Of a DNA stretch of 64,000 bases, positions 9,690-20,151 are shown piece by piece. Origin of the DNA: Candidatus Spongiisociaceae bacterium (lineage in GTDB: Bacteria > Actinomycetota > Acidimicrobiia > Spongiisociales > Spongiisociaceae). A model generated the notes under the pieces. That model worked only from the letters and a program-made list of their open reading frames with translations. It was not told where the DNA came from and did not search any database. The translations under genes and the position numbers were made by a program. The first letter of the stretch is position 1. The number at the start of each line of letters is the position of its first letter. The DNA lies in contig OZ253564.1 in assembly GCA_965262915.1 (NCBI GenBank), positions 1,728,001 to 1,792,000 of the forward strand, given 5' to 3'.

Positions 9690-10570
9690 TAGAGGTGGGA
9701 ACGGTCCCCCAACCGACCGGACTGGACACCCATCGACGGCGCTAACACGGCCTCTTACATACCTGCCAGCGCCGATGCCGGCCAATACCTCCAAGCCGTA
9801 GCCACCTATGACGACAACGAAGGACCCACCAAGGTTGCCGCTGCCCACACCACGAGCAGCGTCGTGGATCCGACGCGACCACCCCCACCCCCACCGCCGC
9901 CTCCACCTCGACGCGGTGGCGGGCCGACCGGTGGCGGGCCCGCGCCGCTACCGGAGGGGTCGAACCAGTCGCCCACCTTCACCGAAGGTTCCCGAACTAT
10001 GCGCACAGCGGCGGAGAACACCCCCGAGGGGAGCCGACACCGGTGCACCGATCGCCGCAACCGATCCCGAAGGCGACTCCCTCACCTACAAGTCGGCCGG
10101 TACCGCCGCCGACGCATTCGGCCTCGACCCCTCATCGGGTCAACTCAGGACCAAAGCAGCCTTGGACTACGAGACCAACAACAGCTACCGGGTGACCGTA
10201 GAGGTGCGGGACAGCAGGAGCCCCGAGGGCGAAGCGGACCGGCGCCGGGACGACTCCATCGCAGTAACCGTCAACATCGCTAACCGCGACGACACCGGTC
10301 ATCTCACCCTGTCCGCACCCACACCAAGATCCGGCCAGCCCCTCGAAGCGGTGCTAGTTGACCCCGGCGGTGTCGCCAATGTCAGCTGGGTTTGGGAACG
10401 CTCCGCCGACCGGACCACGTGGGCACCCATCCCAGACGCCACCTCGGCTGCGTATACCCCGGATGCCGACGACGAGGGCCATCATCTGCGGGTGGTGGTC
10501 TCCTATGGCGACCCGTTCGGGTCGGGCAAGACCGTGACGGCGACACCCGACGCCGGGCCGCCCGTCCGTC
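9690..10570 (+). pseudogene. Fragment of a cadherin-domain adhesin-like protein
   Basis: NQSPTF..AENT..IAATDPEGDSLTY..GQLRTKAALDYET..YRVTVEVRD cadherin motif, flanked by two WERS..W..I..A....Y.P...D.G..L Ig-like repeats and a poly-Pro linker. Frameshift near 10030; no start codon. Confidence 0.75.
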
Positions 10571-10723
10571 AGAGGCGAGTCCTGACCTGGCTCCGCTATC
10601 AGGCCCCTTGCCAACTCTGGCAACCGTCTCGAACCCGGTGGTCCGTCAATGGAGGTCGCTGTGAAGAGCGGCCGGCAAAGGGGTCCTTTCGGTAACCGAT
10701 CCGGAGTGTTCCCGGGTAAGTAT

Positions 10724-11404
10724 CTACCAATTCAGGCCGACTGCCTTGGTCAGGAACCCGGCGAACGGCGCCGCTACCCGACATGCGTCGGCGTAGCGGT
10801 CGATGAAGTCGGAAGAGCAGGTCTCCTCCTCGGTGAACGATGTGATCGCCATGAACGACTTCAGCTTCAGGTACTCGATGTGGGGATGGTCCGGATCGAA
10901 GCCTCTGGGGGCGCGCTTGAGCGACTCGCCCTCCAGGTCGAACATCGAGGCAAAATCCTCATCGTCCACGATGGCTTCCCAGTCCTCGGGTTCGTCGACT
11001 ATCGCCTGCCGTATCTCCCAGGCCGTTGCCGCCTTCGGTTTCCACAGCCCGGCGCCTGCGAAGACGTTGCCGGGCTCCAGATGGAGGTACAGGCCAGGGC
11101 CGTGGACCTCCCGGCCCACCTCGTGGCGGAAGTGGATGCCGGCGTTGGTCTTGTACGGGCTCTTGTCCCTCGAGAAGCGCACATCCCTGTAGATCCGGAA
11201 TACGGATCCGCCGGACCGCCGGGGGTCCGCGACCATGTGCGGGCTGATACTCCTGAGCCTGGGTTCGAAATCGCCGACGAAGCGGACCAGAGGGTCCTGG
11301 ACCTCGGTCCGGTAGCGCTCTTTGTTGGCCCCGAACCATGCCCGGTCGTTGTTCATCGCCAACTCGTCCAGGAACTCGAACAGGGCGGGTGTGAAGTGGG
11401 TCAT
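10724..11404 (-). CDS. DUF2461 (TIGR02453) family protein
   Basis: FLDELAMNNDRAWF, FRIYRDVRFSRDKSPYKT, LKRAPRGFDPDHP. Confidence 0.9.
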   Translation of the reverse strand: MTHFTPALFEFLDELAMNNDRAWFGANKERYRTEVQDPLVRFVGDFEPRLRSISPHMVADPRRSGGSVFRIYRDVRFSRDKSPYKTNAGIHFRHEVGREVHGPGLYLHLEPGNVFAGAGLWKPKAATAWEIRQAIVDEPEDWEAIVDDEDFASMFDLEGESLKRAPRGFDPDHPHIEYLKLKSFMAITSFTEEETCSSDFIDRYADACRVAAPFAGFLTKAVGLNW

Positions 11405-11493
11405 GGTCCAACCGTAGCCCCGTGGGCCTGACTGTTCGTCGCCCGGTTTCTCGCTTGGTGGTGTCTGATGCTGTCTGCTGTCCGAAGACCGGA

Positions 11494-11895
11494 TCATGCC
11501 ATCCGAACGTCGTGGATCACGATACCTAGGCCCGATGCCCTGGCCAGTCGGCTGTCCGCGGTCAGCAGGGGAATGCCGTAGAGACGTGCCCCGGCGACGT
11601 ACAGAGCGTCGTACGCGGTTACGTTTCGATAGTAGGACCAGGCCCATCGCGCCAACTCCCGATGGGGAATGCGGATCACCGGCCATTGGATCAGGTCGTC
11701 TACGGCCATGCGCGCTCGTTCTTCTTCGAGATGTCCTTGCAGGACCGTTTTGCGTAACACCGATAGCACCTCGGCATCCATCAACTCTGGCGCGACCAGG
11801 GACGCACTCTCGATCGTGTTCGCCACTGTCCTACCCAGCGGTGTTCTCAGCAGGTACTCGAAGGCGAGCGAGGCGTCGATGACATAAGTCGTCAT
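11494..11895 (-). CDS. vapC: PIN-domain VapC toxin
   Basis: YVIDAS, APELMDAEV, TAYDALYVA, LLTAD.RL. Confidence 0.9.
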   Translation of the reverse strand: MTTYVIDASLAFEYLLRTPLGRTVANTIESASLVAPELMDAEVLSVLRKTVLQGHLEEERARMAVDDLIQWPVIRIPHRELARWAWSYYRNVTAYDALYVAGARLYGIPLLTADSRLARASGLGIVIHDVRMA

Positions 11896-12197
11896 CCGAT
11901 GTCGAGACCGTCCACACCCGGGTGTGATCGTTCGCCTATGGCCTCATGATCGTACGGGTGCCAGGACCCGATCTGCGTTGCGCGGCGCGTTCGCTCCTCC
12001 GCGATCAGAGTGGCTGCATCCACGCCGAGGTCGGTCTCGGGACGCTGGGCGATGTGCTCGCGCCACTCCCACATCGCCAGCTCGCGTTCCACGGCTGTGA
12101 GCACCGCCGCGCTGATGGTGCAACGGTTCTCTCGCGCGTAGCAGCGCAGGCGTTCGTGAAGGGTGTCGGGAACGTTCTTGACCTGTAGATTCGCCAT
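11892..12197 (-). CDS. FitA-like RHH antitoxin
   Basis: MANLQVKNVPDTLHERLR..A; overlaps the vapC start. Confidence 0.8.
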   Translation of the reverse strand: MANLQVKNVPDTLHERLRCYARENRCTISAAVLTAVERELAMWEWREHIAQRPETDLGVDAATLIAEERTRRATQIGSWHPYDHEAIGERSHPGVDGLDIG

Positions 12198-12275
12198 GTC
12201 ATGATCCTAGCATGCTGCTAGCATGAACAGGGCACCCCTCGGACCCTCGAAGGGATTGTGCGTATTCCCAACCGG

Positions 12276-12701
12276 TCATGTGGCCGACCAGGCGCGGACG
12301 TTCTCGATTCGCACCTCGATGACCGGTCCTGGAGGCGGCTGGGTGGTGTAGGTCTCGTATTTTCGGGTGAGCAGGGCAAGGCCCTTGCGAAGGACGGGGC
12401 CCGAACCGATCACGCTGGCCGTCCCGTCGATCCTCACCCACCAGAGAGCAGTCCAGTCGTCGTCGTAATGGTCCACCAGCACCGAGACGTCCGGGTTGGC
12501 TTCGATGTTGCGGAGGCGTTTCAGCCGGAACGTGGACTTGGGCTTGCGGTCCACCGCGGTGTACAGACGCCCCTCGTCGTAGGCGAACACGATGGGCACC
12601 AGATGGGGGCGCCCTCCCGCATCGACGGTACCGAGAGTGGCCGAGCGTGCATTGCCCAGCCGTCGGACGATCTCCTTACGATCCATCGGGTACCTCCTCA
12701 T
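12276..12701 (-). CDS. PPOX-class F420-dependent oxidoreductase (TIGR03668-like)
   Basis: ATLGTV..GRPHLVPIVF, AVDRKPKS..LKRLRNI..NP.VSVLVDHYDDDW..LWWVR.DG. Confidence 0.88.
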   Translation of the reverse strand: MRRYPMDRKEIVRRLGNARSATLGTVDAGGRPHLVPIVFAYDEGRLYTAVDRKPKSTFRLKRLRNIEANPDVSVLVDHYDDDWTALWWVRIDGTASVIGSGPVLRKGLALLTRKYETYTTQPPPGPVIEVRIENVRAWSAT

Positions 12702-13056
12702 CGTGACCGTTTATCTGTTCGGCAACGTTCCGAAGTTGTGGCCGGTTGGTGATCGCGCAACAAGAACCCGCCGCCCCGGTTCTCGCTCGCCAATCCCAGT
12801 TCTGTAGGACCACTAATCCGAATTCTGTCATCAACAATGGCGTCACGGGCCGAGTCCGTCGCCCTCATTCCATGTTCGGATCCCGGCGGTTTTGTCGGAT
12901 CGGGATTCCATCACGTCTTCCGATCGTTCCAGCCTGGCGTGAACCACCGCCGCACCCGCGGTCGACGTCGGGTCGGGAATCATCCTGTCGTGCGTACGCT
13001 TACGAGCGTTGCGGTGGGAGGCTCCATGACCACGAAGCCGCATCTAGCCTGGTCGG

Positions 13057-14208
13057 ATGCGCACCTCTCCCTACCGGCTGCCACGGCTGGTGCTGTTCAT
13101 GTTCATAGGGACGCAGGCTATGGGGATAGGGGTCATCATCTCGCTCTTGGCCGACATCCAGGACCGGTTCGGATTCCCTACGTGGTCGTTGGGGTTGATC
13201 GCCGGCATGTCGTTCGCGTCCACGCTCGTGGCGCATCTGTGGCTGGCGTCGTTCGCCGACCGGGGATGGGAACGTCGGATGATCGCGATCGGCGGGGTCC
13301 TGGTGGTGGTCTCCTTGCTCGGGATGGTGGTCGCGTCGGACCTGTGGCATTGGGTGGCGTCCCGAGCCCTCCTCGGCTTTGCCGAGGGGGTTTGCGTGGT
13401 GGCGGGTCGGCGAGTGATGCTGAGTTGGGATCCGGACCGGCAAGGAAGGGCCCTGAGTTCGCTGACGATGGCGCTGATGATCGGGTTCCTGCTCGGTCCT
13501 CCCATGGCCGGCTTCCTCAACGAGGTGAACAGAGGCCTTCCCTTCATTCTGCCCGCGGTGCTGGAAGCGTTGCTGCTCCCGTTCCTGGTGGTCGTCAAGC
13601 CTGGCGAGTACGGGCGCGCCCCCGTCCGGCTGAAGCGTCGAAGCCTTGCGGCGATTCCGGGTCTCGCACCCGGGATGTTGCTGGCCGCTGCGCCATGGCT
13701 GATGATCGGGATGCTGGATGCTCTGTGGGCCCGCTACATGACTGATCTGGGCGCCGGCCCGAGAGTGATAGGGGTTGGGTTCCTGGCGCTGGTCCTTCCG
13801 AGCGTCTTCGTCACCCCCCTCAGCGGGCGGATGGCGGACCGCATGAACCCTATCCGGCTGGCGATGACGGGCGTCGTGGTGGAGATCCCCCTTGTGGTCT
13901 TTTTCGGGTTTGCGAGGAGCGTGCCCGCCCTCCTCGTGGTGGGGGCGTTGCACTCGGCCATCTGGTCGTTCGTCACGCCTCCCGGCCAGGCTGCGGTGGC
14001 AAAGGTGGCGCCGCCCGGCCAGGCGGCCGAGGCGCAGGGGCTCATCGAGTCGTACGGGCTGATGCTGGCGAGTGTGGGGGCACTGGTCGGACCGCTTATC
14101 TACGCTGCCGGTGGTCCTACCGTCCTGTTTTTCGTGGCGGCGGTGGCGCTGGCGGTGACGCCTCTGGTAGTGTGGGGCCGGCGGGACACTTGGCGCGCCG
14201 TTTTCTGA
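13057..14208 (+). CDS. MFS transporter
   Basis: About 12 hydrophobic segments; ADRG and GRMADR motif A copies. Confidence 0.85.
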   Translation: MRTSPYRLPRLVLFMFIGTQAMGIGVIISLLADIQDRFGFPTWSLGLIAGMSFASTLVAHLWLASFADRGWERRMIAIGGVLVVVSLLGMVVASDLWHWVASRALLGFAEGVCVVAGRRVMLSWDPDRQGRALSSLTMALMIGFLLGPPMAGFLNEVNRGLPFILPAVLEALLLPFLVVVKPGEYGRAPVRLKRRSLAAIPGLAPGMLLAAAPWLMIGMLDALWARYMTDLGAGPRVIGVGFLALVLPSVFVTPLSGRMADRMNPIRLAMTGVVVEIPLVVFFGFARSVPALLVVGALHSAIWSFVTPPGQAAVAKVAPPGQAAEAQGLIESYGLMLASVGALVGPLIYAAGGPTVLFFVAAVALAVTPLVVWGRRDTWRAVF

Positions 14209-14279
14209 GGCGGTATGGGTTGCCACCCCGGTTCTGGAACCGCTATCGTTTCCCCCAAAATACGACCTTGAGGGTGAAG

Positions 14280-14990
14280 ATGGTCGATAATTTCTTGTGG
14301 AAGGGCCGTCTCGGGCCGATGAACCTCCGGCTCTCGGATACGACGTTCACGCCGTCCACCATCTCGGCGTTGCTGGCCCGGGAGATCCGGATCGAAGAAG
14401 GTGATGTGGCGATCGACGTGGGGTGCGGATCCGGCATCCTGGCGATCATCGCCGCCAAGCTGGGGGCCCGTCATGTTCACGCGATCGACCAGAGCCCGGA
14501 TGTGATCGAGGTGGGCAGGCTCAACGCGGAGGCCAATAGCGTGAGCGACCGCGTCAGCTTCTACCAGGGCGACCTCTTCGAACCGCTCGACCGGACCATC
14601 AAGGCGGATGTGATCATCGGCGACGTGTCGGGGATCCCCGATGCTCTGGCGGACGAGAGCGGATGGTTCCCCACCCGAGGCGGTGGCGGGGCACGGGGCA
14701 GCGAACTCCCGATCAGGATGCTCGAGGAGGCCCGGCGCAGGCTGGCATCGGGGGGTCGGCTCTTCCTGCCCACCGGCTCGCTTCAGGACGAGACTTCGAT
14801 CATCGAAACGGCCAAACGCCTGTACACGAGGGTCCGCAAGCTCGCGGAGCGCCCCATCCCCCTGCCGGCCCGGATGGCCTCCAGCCAGGTGATGTCGGAT
14901 CTGATCGACCGGGGTGTGGTGCGGATCATTAGGCGCGGCTCCCGATCAGTGTGGGAGGCGAGAGTGTGGGAGGTCTCGGGCGTCACCTGA
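14280..14990 (+). CDS. Class I SAM-dependent methyltransferase (PrmA/HemK-like)
   Basis: IDVGCGSGILAI..AKLGA, GDLFEP, GGRL. Confidence 0.85.
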   Translation: MVDNFLWKGRLGPMNLRLSDTTFTPSTISALLAREIRIEEGDVAIDVGCGSGILAIIAAKLGARHVHAIDQSPDVIEVGRLNAEANSVSDRVSFYQGDLFEPLDRTIKADVIIGDVSGIPDALADESGWFPTRGGGGARGSELPIRMLEEARRRLASGGRLFLPTGSLQDETSIIETAKRLYTRVRKLAERPIPLPARMASSQVMSDLIDRGVVRIIRRGSRSVWEARVWEVSGVT

Positions 14991-15046
14991 GCCGATGCCC
15001 TCATTTCATCGGGTGGACAGCCCCCGGGCACTACCATTTCTCCCCT

Positions 15047-15841
15047 ATGACCACCCGTGTTGGTGACGTAATGGAGGCGATCGACCGGCGGGTACCTTTC
15101 CGGACCGCAGCCGGATGGGATGCGGTCGGGTTGCAGATCGGCGACCGGCGACGCCCCGTATCGCGCGTGGCCGTGGTGCACGAGTTGACCGACGTGGTCG
15201 CGGAACGGGTCCTGGCCCGGCGGACGGATCTGGTGGTCACCTACCATCCGCTGGTGTTCCGCCCGCTCCGTTCGATCACCGCGGCGCCCGGACCGGAGGG
15301 GCGTTCGTTCGCATTGCTGGCAGGGGGAGTATCGGTCATGGCCGTGCACACCAATTGGGATATCGCAGCCGGCGGCACGGCCGATTCGCTGGCGGAGGCG
15401 CTCGGCATGGGCGATGTCGAGGGCTTCGCCGCCGTGGAAACGGTCGACGGTGGAGCGGCCTGGGTCGGGCGCCACGGTTCGTTCGACGGTGGCGCCGTCG
15501 AACTGGTGCACACGGTGCACGAAGCGCTGGGTTGCCGGCCCCGCATGGCGGGGTTGGTCGACCGAAGGATCCGGAGGCTGGCCGTGCTGCCCGGTTCGGG
15601 GGGATCACATCTGGACGACGCGATCTCCACCGCCGCCGACGCGTACGTGACCGGGGACATCTCCCACCACGAGGCGAGAAGGGCGCTGGACTCCGGGATG
15701 GCGGTGGTGGATGCCGGGCACGCTCCCACCGAGCGACCCGGAGTCAGGGCGCTCTACGCTTTGGTTGCCGAGATCGTGGAAAGGCCTGTCGATCTCATCG
15801 GGATCGACGACAACCCTTGGGAGGTCGGATGGAACCGTTGA
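15047..15841 (+). CDS. Nif3-like dinuclear metal-centre protein
   Basis: WDAVGLQIG, YHPL.F, HTNWD, YVTGDI.HH, DAGH..TE. Confidence 0.92.
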   Translation: MTTRVGDVMEAIDRRVPFRTAAGWDAVGLQIGDRRRPVSRVAVVHELTDVVAERVLARRTDLVVTYHPLVFRPLRSITAAPGPEGRSFALLAGGVSVMAVHTNWDIAAGGTADSLAEALGMGDVEGFAAVETVDGGAAWVGRHGSFDGGAVELVHTVHEALGCRPRMAGLVDRRIRRLAVLPGSGGSHLDDAISTAADAYVTGDISHHEARRALDSGMAVVDAGHAPTERPGVRALYALVAEIVERPVDLIGIDDNPWEVGWNR

Positions 15842-16539
15842 GCAGCTTTACGGATCTGTTGGAATTGCAGGAGGTGGATGCGGGTGTCGACAAGCTGCTG
15901 GCCGATCGTCGCAACCTGCCCGAGTTGGCCGAGCAGGCGCGAGCCGCCACGGTCGCCGATGCCGCGGCAGAGGACTTCGATGGCGCGGTCCACCGGCTCC
16001 GGAGCTTGGACCGGGATGTGGCTCGCATCGAGGACGACCTGGCGATGGCCGAACAGAGGCTCAGGGAACAGGAACGGCGCCTGTTCGCGGGCGGGATGAC
16101 CGCCCGGGAGAGCCAGAACATGCGTATGGAGGTGGACAGCCTGCGGCGCCAGGTCTTGGTCATGGAGGACGAACTGCTGGAACTGCTTGACCAGCGGGAT
16201 GGTATGGAGGAGGAGGAACGGATGTTGGGGGAGAGGGCCGGCTCGACCCGGGAGGTCGAGCGCCACCTGGCGGCCCGGATCGCCGAGTCCCGGACCGCTA
16301 TCGATGCTTCCGTCGAGCGGTACCGGGATCGCCGGGCCGGGATCGTTCCGTCGGTGGCGCCCGAGCTGTTGAGGCTGTACGCGCGCCTGCGCGAGCGTCG
16401 GGGAGGGATCGTGGTAGGGGCGACCTCCGGCCGGGTCTGCGGGGCCTGCCACCTCCAGATGTCGATCGCCGAGTACGAAGAGGTGGTCGGGGAGACGCTC
16501 CCCCAATGCATCCACTGCGCCGCGATACTCGTCCTGTGA
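15829..16539 (+). CDS. Coiled-coil plus C4 zinc-ribbon protein (DUF164-like)
   Basis: LLELQEVD, long coiled coil, CGAC...CIHC; usual partner of Nif3. Confidence 0.88.
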   Translation: MEPLSSFTDLLELQEVDAGVDKLLADRRNLPELAEQARAATVADAAAEDFDGAVHRLRSLDRDVARIEDDLAMAEQRLREQERRLFAGGMTARESQNMRMEVDSLRRQVLVMEDELLELLDQRDGMEEEERMLGERAGSTREVERHLAARIAESRTAIDASVERYRDRRAGIVPSVAPELLRLYARLRERRGGIVVGATSGRVCGACHLQMSIAEYEEVVGETLPQCIHCAAILVL

Positions 16540-16601
16540 TCCGGATCGAGGCCCTACCCGGGGCGTACGTACCCTTCGACTGAGGAACGGGGCCACGGCA
16601 G

Positions 16602-17135
16602 ATGCTGTTCTGGCACCTGGGCGGTGCCGTGTTCCTGTTCCGAGCCCTGTTCAAGGACTCGGGCGTCGACCTCAGGTTCGTGGCAGCCGGGGCCGTCCTT
16701 CCGGATGCCGTCGACGCGATCATCGGTCTCCTGCCGCACTCGGAGCGGTTGGTGACCGGCCGCCCCTACGGTCATGCGCTGGTGTTCGCCCTGGCGGTGT
16801 TGGTGGTCGGCATGTGGGTCACCGACCGTCGCACCGGCAACAGGCGTCGCGCCGTGGCGGCGGCGGTAGGAATCATGTTCCACCTGCTACTCGACTCGAT
16901 GTGGTTGATGCCTGAGGTGCTGCTGTGGCCCCTGGCGGGCGGAGGACTCCTCGAGGGCGGTCCCGGTGACTGGTCCGGGTTGCCCGCTTCCCTGTTCGGC
17001 AACCCGGTGCGGATGGCGCAGGAGGCGGGGGGCCTCGCCTACCTGATCCGGCTGGGCCACCGCGCCGGCCTCGCCGATCCGGGGCGGTGGTCCCGCCTGT
17101 GGCGGACCGGCACTATCTCGATACCGAGAGGGTGA
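16602..17135 (+). CDS. Membrane metal-dependent hydrolase (YdjM-like)
   Basis: WH, GAVLPD, GHAL, FHLLLD, LLWP. Confidence 0.8.
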   Translation: MLFWHLGGAVFLFRALFKDSGVDLRFVAAGAVLPDAVDAIIGLLPHSERLVTGRPYGHALVFALAVLVVGMWVTDRRTGNRRRAVAAAVGIMFHLLLDSMWLMPEVLLWPLAGGGLLEGGPGDWSGLPASLFGNPVRMAQEAGGLAYLIRLGHRAGLADPGRWSRLWRTGTISIPRG

Positions 17136-17201
17136 TGGAGGGCGGCGGGCTCATGGGAGTGCCGGGGAGCGTTCCGATCGCGGCCGGACGCCTGCCCGAT
17201 C

Positions 17202-17948
17202 CTAGGAGGGGGCCCCTTCGAGGGAAGGTTGGCCCACCGCCTCGCTGATCTGCGCGTGTACCCGGTTCTTCAGCCCTTCCAGCTCGTAGATCATCAGGCC
17301 CTCGGTGGGGATGGGGGGCATGATCTTCACGGTGATGTGCCCGGAGCGGATCAGCTTCGTCGCCGGCTTCCATACCGCCCGGCTGCCGATGATGGCTGTT
17401 GGCACGACCGGCGCCCCCACGTTGCGGGCGATCGAGAAGGCGCCCTTCTTGAAGGGCATCATCACTCCGTCCCGGGGCCGGGTTCCCTCCGGGTAGATCA
17501 TCAACGACCCTCCTCGCTCCATGGTCCGCTTGGCGCCCTGGTTGATGGCCTGGTGGGCGGCCCGGCCCGCCCCGCGGTTCACCTCCACCATTCCGATTCT
17601 TCGCATGGCCAGGCCGAACAGGGGGATCTTGAACAGTTCTGTCTTGGCGAGGAAACGGATGGGAACCGGCAACGCGGCGAAGTGGGCGAAGATGTCGAAC
17701 GCGGAGCGGTGGTTGGAGACGATAACGTAGGAACGGCTGGGATCTATGTGCTCGAGTCCTTCGACCTTGAGCTTGACGCCGGCTGCCCAGCACCATGTCC
17801 GGCCCCATGCCCGGGCCACACGGTCCAGGATGGGCGACGAGGGGTTGGTCACCGTGATGGCGACCAACGCCACGGCAGCCAATACCGTGTAGGGGATGGT
17901 CACCGTGAAGGTGACCGCAGCCCGGAGTACATCGAGGAAGTTCCGCAT
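17202..17948 (-). CDS. plsC: 1-acyl-sn-glycerol-3-phosphate acyltransferase
   Basis: SNHRSAFD, FLAKTEL, YPEGTR, FKKGAF. Confidence 0.9.
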   Translation of the reverse strand: MRNFLDVLRAAVTFTVTIPYTVLAAVALVAITVTNPSSPILDRVARAWGRTWCWAAGVKLKVEGLEHIDPSRSYVIVSNHRSAFDIFAHFAALPVPIRFLAKTELFKIPLFGLAMRRIGMVEVNRGAGRAAHQAINQGAKRTMERGGSLMIYPEGTRPRDGVMMPFKKGAFSIARNVGAPVVPTAIIGSRAVWKPATKLIRSGHITVKIMPPIPTEGLMIYELEGLKNRVHAQISEAVGQPSLEGAPS

Positions 17949-18030
17949 CGGAGGTAAGGATACCGCACGGGAGGGTCGGATCCGCGCCCGTTAACCTCTT
18001 TTTGATCAAGCGGAGCATCCAGAGGAACTG

Positions 18031-19230
18031 ATGGCAGAGAGGCGAACCAGGTTCACCAACGACCAAGCGGTGCGGATCTTTCTCAGAGCGCAGGGCTTCG
18101 GTGACCCCCGACCCCCCGGCCGTGTGGATGCCCGCCACTTCGCCCGGGTCGTCAGCCGCCTGCGCCTCGTGCAGATCGACTCCGTGAACGTATTGACCAG
18201 GGCCCACTACCTGCCCGTGTTCGCCCGGCTCGGTCCCTACCGGAGGGAGGCGCTCGACCGCTGGATCTACCACGGCCGGCACATGTTCGAGTACTGGTGC
18301 CACGAGCAGTCCTACGCCCCGGTCTCGTTCCATCCGATGATGCGCCCCCGGATGCATTCCATGCGTGATCACGGGTGGAAACGGGTGAGGGACCTGCTCG
18401 AACACGATCCCGGGTACGTACGGTCGGTCCTCGACCAGGTAGGGGAGCGGGGTCCGATCCCGGCCCGCCACCTGTCGGACCCCGGGGAGAAGACCGGACC
18501 CTGGTGGGGATACGGGAAGGGCAAGGTTGCGCTGGCCTGGTTGTTCGCCACGGGACAGGTGGCGGTGGCCCGGCGGATCAACTTCGAGCGCTGGTACGAC
18601 CGGCCCGAGCGGGTGCTGCCCACCGAGGTGCTGGCCGAGCCGGATCCGTCGCCGGAGGAGGCCGACCGGGCCCGGGTCCGCGAGGCGGCCGGGGCACTGG
18701 GGATCGCCACCGTGGGTGACCTGGCCGACTACTTCCGGATGAACATCACTCCGACGGCTCGCGCCGTGCAGCATCTCGCGTCCGCGGGCGAGTTCCGCGA
18801 GGTGTCGGTCGCGGGCTGGTCGCGCCCCGCCTACCTGCGCGACGACGTTGTTCTGCCCAGAGCGCGCAAGGGCACCGCGTTGCTGTGTCCCTTCGATCCG
18901 CTGGTGTGGGACCGGAAGAGGACCGAGCGGATGTTGGGGTTCCGCTACCGCATCGAGATCTACACCCCCAGGGCCAGACGGGTCTACGGTTACTATGTGC
19001 TCCCCTTCCTGCTGGACGGCCGGCTGGTGGGCCGGGTCGATGCCAAGGCCGACCGGCGGGCCGGTGTCCTCCGCATCCCGGCCTCCTACGCCGAGCCGGG
19101 TGTGGACCTTCCCGCCGCGGGCCGCGCCCTTGCCGCCGAGTTGCACCGTATGGCCGCCTGGCTCGACTTGGGCGACATCGAGGTAGCGCCTTCGGGCAAC
19201 CTCGCCGCGGCTACCAGGGCAGCGCTGTGA
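18031..19230 (+). CDS. YcaQ/AlkZ-family winged-helix crosslink-repair DNA glycosylase
   Basis: QIDSVNVLTRAHYL..FARLGPY, FEYWCHE, LLCPFDPLVW.R, YRIEIY.P..R.YGYYVLP. Confidence 0.88.
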   Translation: MAERRTRFTNDQAVRIFLRAQGFGDPRPPGRVDARHFARVVSRLRLVQIDSVNVLTRAHYLPVFARLGPYRREALDRWIYHGRHMFEYWCHEQSYAPVSFHPMMRPRMHSMRDHGWKRVRDLLEHDPGYVRSVLDQVGERGPIPARHLSDPGEKTGPWWGYGKGKVALAWLFATGQVAVARRINFERWYDRPERVLPTEVLAEPDPSPEEADRARVREAAGALGIATVGDLADYFRMNITPTARAVQHLASAGEFREVSVAGWSRPAYLRDDVVLPRARKGTALLCPFDPLVWDRKRTERMLGFRYRIEIYTPRARRVYGYYVLPFLLDGRLVGRVDAKADRRAGVLRIPASYAEPGVDLPAAGRALAAELHRMAAWLDLGDIEVAPSGNLAAATRAAL

Positions 19231-19838
19231 CCCAGCCTCTTGCCAATAGCCGCCCTGGTCACGGACCTCCGCCGCGGGGAGTGTCCAAACAGGAGTGGCG
19301 CCGGTGGGCCAGGGCGATGCGACGGCCGGGCGTGTCCGCTGCCGACTCCCAAGCTGTGACGGCCGGGATCATCGCCTGGCTCGCCGGTGCCGATACGCCC
19401 GGCGGCGTTGTGGTTCTCTACCTGCCGCTTCCGGACGAGGCCGACGTGACTCCTGTAATGGACTGCGCGGATCGGGCGTTCGCGGTCACACGGACACCAT
19501 CAAAAGGAAGCCTGACCCTGCATCCGGCCGACGTGCCCCGGGAGAGACACCGTTACGGGTTCGAACAGCCGGTGGCCGAATCCCCGAGCGTCGATCCCCG
19601 CGACGTGGTGGTGGTCCTCGTGCCCGGGCTGGTCTTCGACCTACGGGGAGGTCGTCTCGGCAGGGGAGGGGGCTACTACGATCGCTTCCTTCCAACCTTG
19701 CCCCCTGATGCAGCCCGGGTCGGCGTGGTCCCGGAACGACTGGTGGTGAAGGCCGTCCCGACCGATCCGCACGATATTCCGATGACGCACCTGGCAACCG
19801 AGCACGGTGTGCGAGCGATGGCAACGGAGCCGTTGTGA
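19227..19838 (+). CDS. 5-formyltetrahydrofolate cyclo-ligase
   Basis: VLVPGLVFD..GGRLGRGGGYYDRFL, PHDIPM. Confidence 0.92.
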   Translation: MTQPLANSRPGHGPPPRGVSKQEWRRWARAMRRPGVSAADSQAVTAGIIAWLAGADTPGGVVVLYLPLPDEADVTPVMDCADRAFAVTRTPSKGSLTLHPADVPRERHRYGFEQPVAESPSVDPRDVVVVLVPGLVFDLRGGRLGRGGGYYDRFLPTLPPDAARVGVVPERLVVKAVPTDPHDIPMTHLATEHGVRAMATEPL

Positions 19839-19938
19839 CATCTGAGATCGCCACGATGATCGGAGTCGGCTAGGTATATTTGCCTAGATTATGCCAAACA
19901 ACTAGACAGCCAATTGCTAGATGTGATAGGCAAACCAG

Positions 19939-20151
19939 GTGAAAAGGGCTGTCCTGCTGTCCGTTCTGAAGTCGATCGCACGTGACCACGACGTGGCACT
20001 GACGCTCGTGCGGCAAGGAAAGCACGAGGTGTGGGAGTGCGGTGGGTACCGGTTCCCGATCCCACGCCATCGGGAGATCAACGAACACACCGCACGCGGC
20101 ATCATCAACGACCTCCGCAGACGCCTGCACGACCTACAGGAGAGATCATGA
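19939..20151 (+). CDS. hicA: HicA-family toxin
   Basis: RQGKHEVW...IPRHREI.E.TAR.I. Confidence 0.8.
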   Translation: MKRAVLLSVLKSIARDHDVALTLVRQGKHEVWECGGYRFPIPRHREINEHTARGIINDLRRRLHDLQERS

